Assembly: GCA_965116155.1 (NCBI GenBank)
Contig: OZ220488.1
Span: forward strand, 1,385,458-1,449,457
From: Bdellovibrionales bacterium
GTDB taxonomy: Bacteria > Bdellovibrionota > Bdellovibrionia > Bdellovibrionales > UBA1609
Direction of reading: 5' to 3'
DNA length: 64,000 bases
Shown: positions 55,757-64,000 of the stretch, one piece after another
How the letters are laid out: every line of letters starts with the position of its first letter
Numbering within the stretch: position 1 is the first letter of the stretch
Translations under genes and position numbers: made by a program
Notes under the pieces: model-generated
What the model was told of the DNA's origin: nothing
The model's input: the letters and a program-made list of their open reading frames with translations, nothing else
Database searches by the model: none

Positions 55757-58700
55757 ATGAGCGTCGGACCTGTAGCGGCTTCTAACTTGCGCTTGCGCAG
55801 CAGTTATTCGCGCATACCTTCTACGGTGGAGGTGCCTAATTTAATCGAGATCCAGCGCAGCTCGTACGACAAATTTTTGCAAAAAGACGTACCTCCCAAT
55901 GAGCGTACAGACAATGGGCTGCAGGCTGTGTTTAAGTCGGTGTTTCCGGTTTTCGACTTCAACAAGGCGTCTAGCTTGGAGTTTGTAAGCTACTCGTTTG
56001 ACGAGCCCAAGTGCGATGTTTCAGAGTGCCTGCAGCGTGGCATGAGCTATGCGGCTTCTATTAAGGGTGTGTTTCGGCTGGTTATTTTGGATGTCGATAA
56101 ACAAACAGAAGCGCGCAGCATTAGGGATGTAAAAGAGCAAGAGGTGTACTTGGGGGAGATTCCCCTTATGACTCAGAGGGGGTCTTTTATAATCAACGGC
56201 ACGGAGCGTGTGGTGGTGAGCCAGTTGCACCGTAGCCCGGGTGTGTTTTTTGACCATGACCGTGGGCGCAACACTTCGACCACGGGCAAGCTGCTTTATT
56301 CGGCACGGGTGATCCCTTATAGGGGGTCTTGGTTGGATTTTGAGTTTGACCAAAAAGACCTGCTCCATGTGCGTATTGATCGCAAGCGTAAGTTTCCCGC
56401 TACGATATTGCTTAAGGCTTTGGGTTACAGTGCACAGGATATTTTAAGCTACTACTACAATGTTGAGACGATTCGTTTTGATGAAAAAGCCAAAGGTTTC
56501 AAAAGGCAGTTGGATTTAGAAAAAATGTCTCGCCAGCAGGTGAGCACGGATATTGTGGATCCGCGTACGGGTGAGGTGATCGTAAAGGCGGGGCAGCGGT
56601 TAACGCGCGCGCGGGTGCGTAAAATTGAAGAAGCCAAAATCGAGTGGGTGCTTCTACCTGAAGAGGGCATTGTAGGCAAGGTGTTAGGCGAGCCTGTGGT
56701 AGACATGAAAACGGGCGAAATTTTAGCCGACACCAACGATGAGCTATCGGTTGAAATTATCACCAAAGCTTTAGAGCTTGGGGTTAAGGAGTTTAAGCTG
56801 ATCTTTTTTGACGGGCTTTCGGTGGGTCCGTATTTGCGCAATACCCTTCTGGTGGACAAGGTGTTTTCACAAGAAGAAGCCTTGCTCGATATTTACCGGC
56901 GCTTGCGCCCTGGGGAGCCTTCTACCAAAGAGGCAGCCGAGCTGCATTTTCATCGGTTATTTTTTGCTCCTGAAACCTACGACCTTAGCACAGTGGGTAG
57001 GCTTAAAATTAACCACCGGTTTGGCATTACTGAGGATGAGTGTCCGTTAAGCCACTGTGTGTTGACAAAAAAGGACATCCTCGAGGTTGTGCGCACTTTG
57101 GTGGGCTTGAGAAATGGCCTTGGCAAAACGGACGACATCGACCATTTGGGTAATCGTAGGGTGCGGTCTGTTGGGGAGCTTTTAGAAAACCAATACCGCA
57201 TTGGTTTGGTGCGCATGGAGCGAGTGATCCGCGAGCGTATGAGCTTGCAAGACTCGGCTACTATGATGCCTCACGACCTGGTGAACATTAAGCCGGTAAA
57301 TTCTGTGGTGAAGGAGTTTTTTGGCAGCTCGCAGTTGTCGCAGTTTATGGACCAGACAAATCCTTTGTCAGAAATCACGCACAAGCGTAGGCTTTCGGCC
57401 TTGGGTCCGGGGGGGTTAACGCGGGATCGTGCGGGCTTTGAGGTGCGCGATGTGCACCCCACGCATTATGGGCGCATTTGTCCTATTGAGACTCCCGAGG
57501 GGCCCAACATTGGTTTGATTTCTAGCTTGGCGACTTTTGCTCGGGTTAATAAATACGGCTTTATTGAAACCCCGTACCGTAAGGTAGAAAACGGCAAGGT
57601 CGAAGACGAGCATAAGTATATGTCAGCCTTGCAAGAGCAGGGGCACTGCATTGCGCAGGTGGACCGCGAGAGCTTTGATGGCGTAAAGGCCGATAACCTG
57701 ACGGTGCGTGTGGATGGTGAGTGTGAGCTTGTGGATAAAGAAAAAGTCTCACTCATGGATGTGTCACCTGCGCAGTTGGTTTCGGTTGCAGCGTCGCTGA
57801 TACCTTTTTTGGAGCATGACGACGCCAACCGTGCGCTTATGGGCTCTAATATGCAGCGCCAGGCGGTGCCTTTGTTGAGGGCTAAAGCTCCTTTGGTGGG
57901 TACGGGTGTAGAAGAGCTGGTGGTGCGGGACTCGGGGACTAATATTTTGTGCCAGCACGATGGTGTGGTGGACGAGGTCGATGCGGAGCGCATTGTGGTG
58001 CGCCGGTTGCGGGGAGACGTAGTGGGAGCGCGGGCGGATATTTACAAGCTCACCAAATACCAGCGCACCAACCAAAATACTTGTTTTAACCAAAGGCCCA
58101 TTGTGCAAAAGGGCGACCGGGTTCAAAAGGGCACGGTTTTGGCGGATGGGCCTTCGAGCGAGTTGGGCGAAGTGGCTTTGGGGCAGAATGTGCTGGTGGC
58201 CTTCGCACCTTGGATGGGCTACAACTTTGAGGATTCGATTCTGATTTCAGATAGGCTCATTCGGGATGATGTGTACACCTCTGTGCATATTGAGGAGTTC
58301 GAGTGCGTGGCCCGTGACACTAAGCTGGGTCGGGAGGAGATCACCCGTGACATTGCCAATGTGGGTGAAGAGGCTTTGGGCTCTTTGGACACTAGTGGGA
58401 TCGTGCGCATTGGTGCAGAGGTAAGGCCTGGAGATATTTTGGTGGGCAAGGTGACTCCCAAGACGGAGACACAGCTGTCGCCAGAGGAGAAGCTGCTGCG
58501 GGCGATTTTTGGTGAAAAAGCCAGCGACGTGCGGGACACCTCTTTAAGGGTGCCGTCGGGAGTTTCGGGCACTGTGATAGACGCGCAGGTTTATTCGCGC
58601 GAAGGCCCGGAGGGCGATGCGCGCTTGCAAGAGATTGTGGCAGAAAAGCGCGAACGCTTAAAAAAAGACTTAGACATTGAGCAACATGTTTTGCGCTCGG

Positions 58701-60109
58701 CTGTTTTAGAGGAGCTGCGTACGCTCATAGTGGGGCAAGAGGTACAAGGGGAGCTGTTGGATGAAGACGGCGATGCGTGCTTGCTTAAAAAGGGGCACCT
58801 GTTAACCGATGCCGACATAGAGCGCATACCTTTCGCGCTGTTGGGGTATATTCCGCTTAAGCCGGAGCTAGAGACCCAGTGTCAGGGTATTGTAGAAAAC
58901 GCGCGGGCGCGTTTAGACAAAATTGCTGCATCTTTTCAAGAGCGTTCAGAGCGCTTATCTAAGGGCGACGATCTGCTGCCTGGGGTTATTAAAATGGTTA
59001 AAATCCATGTTGCCATTAAGCGCAAGTTGCAGGTGGGGGATAAATTTGCAGGGCGTCACGGTAATAAGGGGGTGATTTCTAAGGTGGTGGCGCAGGAGGA
59101 TATGCCGTATTTGGCGGATGGTACGCCTGTGGATATGGTGCTTAACCCCTTGGGTGTGCCATCGCGTATGAACATAGGCCAGGTGTTGGAGATACACCTG
59201 GGCTGGGCGGCGTGGCAGCTGGGCCAGGACATAAAGCCGTACTTAGAAAAATGGCAGTCTCAGGAGGTTAGGGAGGCTTTTAAAAAGGCTTATAACGACC
59301 CACAGGTGAGCCGCAAAATCGACACAGCGGATGATGAGTCGCTGAAAAAAATGCTCGGCTATGTGGATAGGGGGGTGCATTTTTCTACCCCGGTATTTGA
59401 TGGGGCTTTAGAGAAGGATGTTAAACATGCTCTGCATAGGGCGGGCTTGCCTTCTACGGGGCAGACTTTGTTGTTCGATGGGCGTACGGGTGAGGCTTTT
59501 CATACTCCCGTTACGGTGGGCATTATGTACATGTTAAAGCTGCATCATTTGGTGGAAGAAAAAATCCACGCCCGTTCTATAGGCCCGTACTCTTTGGTGT
59601 CGCAGCAGCCTTTGGGTGGTAAGGCTCAGTTTGGTGGTCAGCGTTTGGGCGAGATGGAGGTTTGGGCCATTGAGGCTTATGGGGCGTCTTATGCGCTTCA
59701 GGAGTTTTTGACGGTTAAGTCGGATGATGTTGCGGGCCGTACGCGCATGTACGAGAGCATTGTTAAGGGCGAAAACATACTAGAGCCTGGCTTGCCAGAG
59801 AGTTTTAATGTTTTGGTAAAAGAGCTGCAGGCCTTAGCGCTCAATGTGGAGCTAGTGGAGTCAGGGGAGCTAACCGAAAAAGCGCCTGACACCAAGGTCG
59901 AGGTAGGAGCGGGTAGGGATCTTGCAGCTAGTACTGCATCTGCTACAAGCCCGACCGTTCAAGAGGGTGTGGTGGATTTAGAGGCGGAGTCGATGGCGCA
60001 GGCGGGGGCCGGTATGGGCTTGGAGGATGACGATGCAGAGTCTACCTCAGATACGGATACGGAAAAGGGAGCGGACGTAGATACAGATAAAGACGTTAGT
60101 GAGAGCTAG
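55757..60109 (+). CDS. rpoB: DNA-directed RNA polymerase beta subunit (1450 aa, with an acidic C-terminal extension)
   Basis: Conserved blocks run throughout ([91 protein letters not shown]). Confidence 0.98.
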   Translation: MSVGPVAASNLRLRSSYSRIPSTVEVPNLIEIQRSSYDKFLQKDVPPNERTDNGLQAVFKSVFPVFDFNKASSLEFVSYSFDEPKCDVSECLQRGMSYAASIKGVFRLVILDVDKQTEARSIRDVKEQEVYLGEIPLMTQRGSFIINGTERVVVSQLHRSPGVFFDHDRGRNTSTTGKLLYSARVIPYRGSWLDFEFDQKDLLHVRIDRKRKFPATILLKALGYSAQDILSYYYNVETIRFDEKAKGFKRQLDLEKMSRQQVSTDIVDPRTGEVIVKAGQRLTRARVRKIEEAKIEWVLLPEEGIVGKVLGEPVVDMKTGEILADTNDELSVEIITKALELGVKEFKLIFFDGLSVGPYLRNTLLVDKVFSQEEALLDIYRRLRPGEPSTKEAAELHFHRLFFAPETYDLSTVGRLKINHRFGITEDECPLSHCVLTKKDILEVVRTLVGLRNGLGKTDDIDHLGNRRVRSVGELLENQYRIGLVRMERVIRERMSLQDSATMMPHDLVNIKPVNSVVKEFFGSSQLSQFMDQTNPLSEITHKRRLSALGPGGLTRDRAGFEVRDVHPTHYGRICPIETPEGPNIGLISSLATFARVNKYGFIETPYRKVENGKVEDEHKYMSALQEQGHCIAQVDRESFDGVKADNLTVRVDGECELVDKEKVSLMDVSPAQLVSVAASLIPFLEHDDANRALMGSNMQRQAVPLLRAKAPLVGTGVEELVVRDSGTNILCQHDGVVDEVDAERIVVRRLRGDVVGARADIYKLTKYQRTNQNTCFNQRPIVQKGDRVQKGTVLADGPSSELGEVALGQNVLVAFAPWMGYNFEDSILISDRLIRDDVYTSVHIEEFECVARDTKLGREEITRDIANVGEEALGSLDTSGIVRIGAEVRPGDILVGKVTPKTETQLSPEEKLLRAIFGEKASDVRDTSLRVPSGVSGTVIDAQVYSREGPEGDARLQEIVAEKRERLKKDLDIEQHVLRSAVLEELRTLIVGQEVQGELLDEDGDACLLKKGHLLTDADIERIPFALLGYIPLKPELETQCQGIVENARARLDKIAASFQERSERLSKGDDLLPGVIKMVKIHVAIKRKLQVGDKFAGRHGNKGVISKVVAQEDMPYLADGTPVDMVLNPLGVPSRMNIGQVLEIHLGWAAWQLGQDIKPYLEKWQSQEVREAFKKAYNDPQVSRKIDTADDESLKKMLGYVDRGVHFSTPVFDGALEKDVKHALHRAGLPSTGQTLLFDGRTGEAFHTPVTVGIMYMLKLHHLVEEKIHARSIGPYSLVSQQPLGGKAQFGGQRLGEMEVWAIEAYGASYALQEFLTVKSDDVAGRTRMYESIVKGENILEPGLPESFNVLVKELQALALNVELVESGELTEKAPDTKVEVGAGRDLAASTASATSPTVQEGVVDLEAESMAQAGAGMGLEDDDAESTSDTDTEKGADVDTDKDVSES

Positions 60110-60147
60110 CGGAGTTAAAGAGAAGTTTTTTTAAAAAAGGGCATGCG

Positions 60148-63100
60148 ATGCGGGATTTATTAAATTTTTTTGACAAACCCAAAGACCCTTTGGCGTTTAG
60201 TGCTGTGCGTTTGTCTTTGGCGTCGCCAGAGATGATCCGCCAGTGGTCTCGTGGCGAGGTAAAAAAGCCCGAGACCATTAATTATCGTACTTTTAAACCA
60301 GAGCGTGATGGTTTGTTTTGCGCCAAAATTTTTGGCCCCATAAAGGACTACGAGTGTTTGTGCGGTAAGTACAAACGCATGAAGCACCGTGGTGTGATTT
60401 GCGAAAAGTGTGGCGTTGAGGTCACGCAATCGCGTGTGCGTAGGGAGCGTTTGGGGCATATAGAGCTGGCATCGCCCGTGGCGCATATTTGGTTTTTAAG
60501 ATCTTTGCCAAGCCGTATTGGCAATCTGTTGGGCTTGTCTTTAAAAGACTTAGAGCGTGTGCTTTATTGCGAGGCCTATGCGGTTTCGGATCCTATGGAA
60601 ACCTCTTTGCACGAGGGGCAGGTTTTAAGTGAAGAAGAATACCAAAAAGCCCTAGAGGAGTACGGGCCCAACTTTAATGTGGGCATAGGGGGCGAGGTTA
60701 TTTTAGAGCTTTTAAAAAAGGTAGACGTAGAGTACTTGGCCAAAAAATTGCGCACGGATCTCAGGGCGGCTTCTTCGGACGCGGCAACCAAAAAGTTACT
60801 TAAAAGGCTTAAGGTGGTGGAGTCTTTTAGGGGCTCCACCAACAAGCCAGAGTGGATGATTTTGCAGGCCTTGCCTGTTATTGCTCCCGATTTGCGTCCT
60901 TTGGTTCCGCTTGAGGGGGGCAGGTTTGCGACTTCCGACTTAAACGACCTGTACCGTAGGGTGGTAAACCGTAACAATAGGCTTAAAAGGCTTTCGGATC
61001 TTAATGCGCCGGGAATTATTATCCGCAACGAGAAGCGCATGCTGCAAGAGGCGGTGGATGCTTTGCTCGATAATGGCCGTCGTGGCAAGGTGTTCACTGG
61101 GCCAAACAAGAGGCCGCTTAGATCTTTGAGTGATACTTTAAAAGGCAAGCAAGGTCGGTTTAGGCAGAACCTTTTGGGCAAACGTGTCGACTACTCGGGG
61201 CGTTCGGTTATTGTGGTGGGGCCTAATTTAAAACTGCATCAGTGTGGTTTGCCTAAAAAAATGGCCCTAGAGCTGTTTAAGCCTTTTGTTTTTAGCAAGT
61301 TAGAGGAGCGGGGTTTTTCTACCACCATCAAGCAGGCCAAGCGTTTGGTAGAAAAAGAAAGCACCGAGGTATGGGACATACTGTCTGAGGTGGTTCGGGA
61401 GCACCCTGTACTTTTGAACCGGGCTCCTACTTTGCATAGATTGGGTTTTCAGGCTTTTGAGCCTGTGCTGCATGAGGGCAAAGCGATACAGCTGCACCCC
61501 TTAGTGTGTACGGCTTTTAATGCAGACTTTGACGGAGACCAAATGGCGGTGCATGTGCCGCTTTCGATCGAGGCACAGGTAGAGGCGCGTGTGCTGATGA
61601 TGTCTACGAACAACATTTTGTCGCCGGCAAATGGTTTGCCTGTGATTAACCCTACGCAGGACATTGTGTTGGGAGTGTATTGGATGACGCGCATTCGGCC
61701 TGGGGCTCGTGGTTCGGGCAAGGTTTTTGGGAGTGTCGATGAGGCATTGTATGCCTACGAGATGGGGAACATCGACCTGCAGGCAGCGTGTAAGGTGCGC
61801 GTGAACGGCAAGCTGGAGGAAACCTGCGTAGGGCGTGTGATTTTGCGCAACCAGGTGCCTGATGCCGTGCCTTTTAAAGAAATCAACAAAGTTATGAGCA
61901 AAAAAGCTATGGCCAAGTTGGTGGATGTGACCTTTAGGTTAGCAGGGGCTAAGGCTACGGCTTTGTTGGCAGATAAGCTCATGCAAAAAGGTTTTGAGTA
62001 TGCGACTAAGGCGGGCATTTCGATTTCTGTGGATGACCTTGTGGTGCCGCAGAACAAGGCGGACCTGATTGCTAAGGCCGAGGACAGAGTGAAGGAAATC
62101 CGCAGTCAGTATGACGAGGGCTTAATCACCAACGGCGAGCGTTACAACAAGGTAGTGGATGTGTGGGCGCAGACGGCGGACCATGTAGCGGGCGAGATGA
62201 TGTCGCATTTGGAGACCCAAGAGTTTGAGGTGGGTGACAAAAAGCAAGAGTCAGCAAGTTTTAACCCGATTTTTGTTATGGCGGATTCTGGCGCAAGGGG
62301 TTCTGCGGCGCAGATTAGGCAGCTAGCAGGTATGAGGGGGCTTATGGCCAAGCCGTCGGGCGAGATCATAGAGACTCCGATTACGGCGAACTTTAAAGAA
62401 GGCCTGTCGGTGTTGCAGTATTTTATTTCGACCCATGGTGCGCGTAAAGGTTTGGCCGACACGGCTTTGAAAACAGCGAACTCGGGCTATTTGACCCGGC
62501 GTCTGGTGGATGTGGCGCAGGATGTGGTGGTGACGGAGCATGATTGTGGCAGCACGGAGGGCACTTTTGTGACTCCACTATATGAAGGTGGGGAGATTAT
62601 AGAGACCTTGGGTGAGCGTATACTGGGTCGTACGGCGGTGCATGACATTATAGATCCTTACACCAAAGAGGTTATTGTGCGCTCTAACCAGGAGCTTACG
62701 GAGTTGGTGGTGCGCAAGATAGAGGCCGCGGGTGTGGAGAAGGTAGAGATACGCTCAGCCCTGACCTGCCGCACCAAGCGCGGAGTTTGTGCTAAGTGTT
62801 ATGGGCGGGACTTAGCGAGAGGCTCCTTGGTGAACCTGGGTGAGGCTGTGGGTATTATTGCGGCTCAGAGTATTGGTGAGCCGGGCACGCAGTTGACGAT
62901 GCGGACTTTCCACTTAGGGGGCACAGCGGCCCGTGAGGTGGAGCAGTCGGTGCATGTGGCGCGCCATGGGGGCAAGGTGCAGATTAGCGATGTGCATCTG
63001 GTGGAGAATTCGCAAAAAAAGCTAACCGTTTTGTCGCGCAACGGTGTGGTTTCGCTTTTAGACAGTAGCGGCAGAGAGCGCGAGAGTTATCCGCTGATGT

Positions 63101-64000
63101 ACGGCTCGGTATTAAATGTGCGCGAGGGGGATGAGGTTGCCAAAGACACCGTACTGGCCGAGTGGGATCCGTATACCAATCCGATTATTGCGGATGTATC
63201 GGGTAAGGTGGAGTTTCAGTATATTGAGCCGGGCGTGAGTTATACAGAAAAAGTGGACGCAGTGACGGGTTTTTCTACCCGGGTGGTTATGGAGTCTAAA
63301 ATGGCGCACAAGCCGGCGCTAGTGATCAAGGATCAGGATGGGCGCGTGGCGCATATAGAGGAGCGGAACATACCGGCGCGTTACACCTTGCCTGTGGGGG
63401 CACAGCTTTTGGCTATGGATGGTCAAGAGGTGCATGCGGGAGATGTGCTGGCTAAGATCCACCGTGAAACCACTAAAACGCGCGACATTACAGGGGGCTT
63501 GCCGCGTGTAGCGGATTTGTTTGAGGCGCGCAAGCCTAAAGAGCAGGCAATTTTGGCGCATGCAGATGGTGTGGTGAGTTTTGGTCAGGATGTAAAGGGC
63601 CGCCAAAAGGTTTTGGTGACGGGCAAAACGGGCGAGCCGGTGGAGTACTTGATTCCCAAAGGCAAGCATGTGGTGGTGCGTGAGGGTGAGCAGATACAGG
63701 CAGGTGAGCCTTTGATGGATGGTCCTATTAGCCCGCATGATATTTTAAAAATCCGTGGCAAAAAGGCCTTGGCGGCTTATTTGGTGAACGAGATACAAGA
63801 GGTTTACCGGCTGCAAGGGGTGGGCATTAACGACAAGCACATCGAGCTGATTGTGCGTCAGATGCTTTGCAAGGTGGAGGTGAACGACCCTGGAGATACG
63901 GACTTTATTGTGGGTGAGAATGTCGAAAAAACCCGTGTCCTGGAGGTGAACGAGGCGGTGGAGGCTGAGGGTGGTCAGCCGGCGACGTTTACGCCTTTGT
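60148..64000 (+). CDS. rpoC: DNA-directed RNA polymerase beta' subunit, N-terminal ~1284 codons (3' end beyond the window)
   Basis: My translation from the ATG at 60148 reads [92 protein letters not shown] (zinc-binding Cys cluster). It is not in the ORF track because it is open at the window edge. Confidence 0.97.
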   Translation, partial: MRDLLNFFDKPKDPLAFSAVRLSLASPEMIRQWSRGEVKKPETINYRTFKPERDGLFCAKIFGPIKDYECLCGKYKRMKHRGVICEKCGVEVTQSRVRRERLGHIELASPVAHIWFLRSLPSRIGNLLGLSLKDLERVLYCEAYAVSDPMETSLHEGQVLSEEEYQKALEEYGPNFNVGIGGEVILELLKKVDVEYLAKKLRTDLRAASSDAATKKLLKRLKVVESFRGSTNKPEWMILQALPVIAPDLRPLVPLEGGRFATSDLNDLYRRVVNRNNRLKRLSDLNAPGIIIRNEKRMLQEAVDALLDNGRRGKVFTGPNKRPLRSLSDTLKGKQGRFRQNLLGKRVDYSGRSVIVVGPNLKLHQCGLPKKMALELFKPFVFSKLEERGFSTTIKQAKRLVEKESTEVWDILSEVVREHPVLLNRAPTLHRLGFQAFEPVLHEGKAIQLHPLVCTAFNADFDGDQMAVHVPLSIEAQVEARVLMMSTNNILSPANGLPVINPTQDIVLGVYWMTRIRPGARGSGKVFGSVDEALYAYEMGNIDLQAACKVRVNGKLEETCVGRVILRNQVPDAVPFKEINKVMSKKAMAKLVDVTFRLAGAKATALLADKLMQKGFEYATKAGISISVDDLVVPQNKADLIAKAEDRVKEIRSQYDEGLITNGERYNKVVDVWAQTADHVAGEMMSHLETQEFEVGDKKQESASFNPIFVMADSGARGSAAQIRQLAGMRGLMAKPSGEIIETPITANFKEGLSVLQYFISTHGARKGLADTALKTANSGYLTRRLVDVAQDVVVTEHDCGSTEGTFVTPLYEGGEIIETLGERILGRTAVHDIIDPYTKEVIVRSNQELTELVVRKIEAAGVEKVEIRSALTCRTKRGVCAKCYGRDLARGSLVNLGEAVGIIAAQSIGEPGTQLTMRTFHLGGTAAREVEQSVHVARHGGKVQISDVHLVENSQKKLTVLSRNGVVSLLDSSGRERESYPLMYGSVLNVREGDEVAKDTVLAEWDPYTNPIIADVSGKVEFQYIEPGVSYTEKVDAVTGFSTRVVMESKMAHKPALVIKDQDGRVAHIEERNIPARYTLPVGAQLLAMDGQEVHAGDVLAKIHRETTKTRDITGGLPRVADLFEARKPKEQAILAHADGVVSFGQDVKGRQKVLVTGKTGEPVEYLIPKGKHVVVREGEQIQAGEPLMDGPISPHDILKIRGKKALAAYLVNEIQEVYRLQGVGINDKHIELIVRQMLCKVEVNDPGDTDFIVGENVEKTRVLEVNEAVEAEGGQPATFTPL

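Overview
This 64 kb chromosomal window comes from a Gram-negative bacterium of moderate GC. Gene content suggests a Bdellovibrio/Oligoflexia-type deltaproteobacterial lineage, but that assignment is low confidence. It rests on a type-B sdhCAB-like complex II, a MoxR/Bat aerotolerance operon, fliA and large type IV pilins.

The core is housekeeping:
- clpP-clpX, pepA, fliA, and ffh-ftsY-mrp.
- miaB-guaB, sdhA/C/B and infA.
- A 9-gene moxR-DUF58-batABCD cluster, followed by an slt-like gene.
- Two tandem pilins, dnaB, a fis-like gene and ftsK.
- A BCCT transporter, a merP/merT-like pair and rlmB.
- Three tRNAs, then secE-nusG-rplKAJL-rpoB-rpoC (the 3' end of rpoC is cut by the window edge).

The accessory content is several large orphan secreted proteins. 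These are an Ig-like/vWA giant with a paralog, a Cys-rich 1032 aa plus 344 aa pair, and a coiled-coil protein.

The most unusual signal is non-coding. A mosaic family of nested palindromic elements fills almost every long intergenic gap, in 11 clusters totalling roughly 3.8 kb by my coordinates.
- Its parts are a 12-bp boundary box (CTAGCRCTCTAA and its complement), a conserved linker module (GGAGCTTTGACG...CTACAGGCTCATAG...TATAGGYCGC), and variable AAAA-stem...stem-TTTT hairpins.
- The hairpin arms co-vary between copies.
- The elements abut or overlap the 3' ends of genes and supply the stop codon, and sometimes the last residues, of at least 10 genes.
- One copy sits in frame inside batD, and another abuts the sdhB start codon.
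- No transposase, RAYT, CRISPR, prophage or recognisable defence system is present in the window.

Other points:
- sdhCA is inverted relative to sdhB.
- A (CT)14 microsatellite lies inside a coding region.
- At least 6 homopolymer-associated frameshifts break guaB, dnaB, an OMP gene and slt. Two of these genes are essential, so consensus errors are likely.
- tuf and tRNA-Trp are missing from the usual position upstream of secE.
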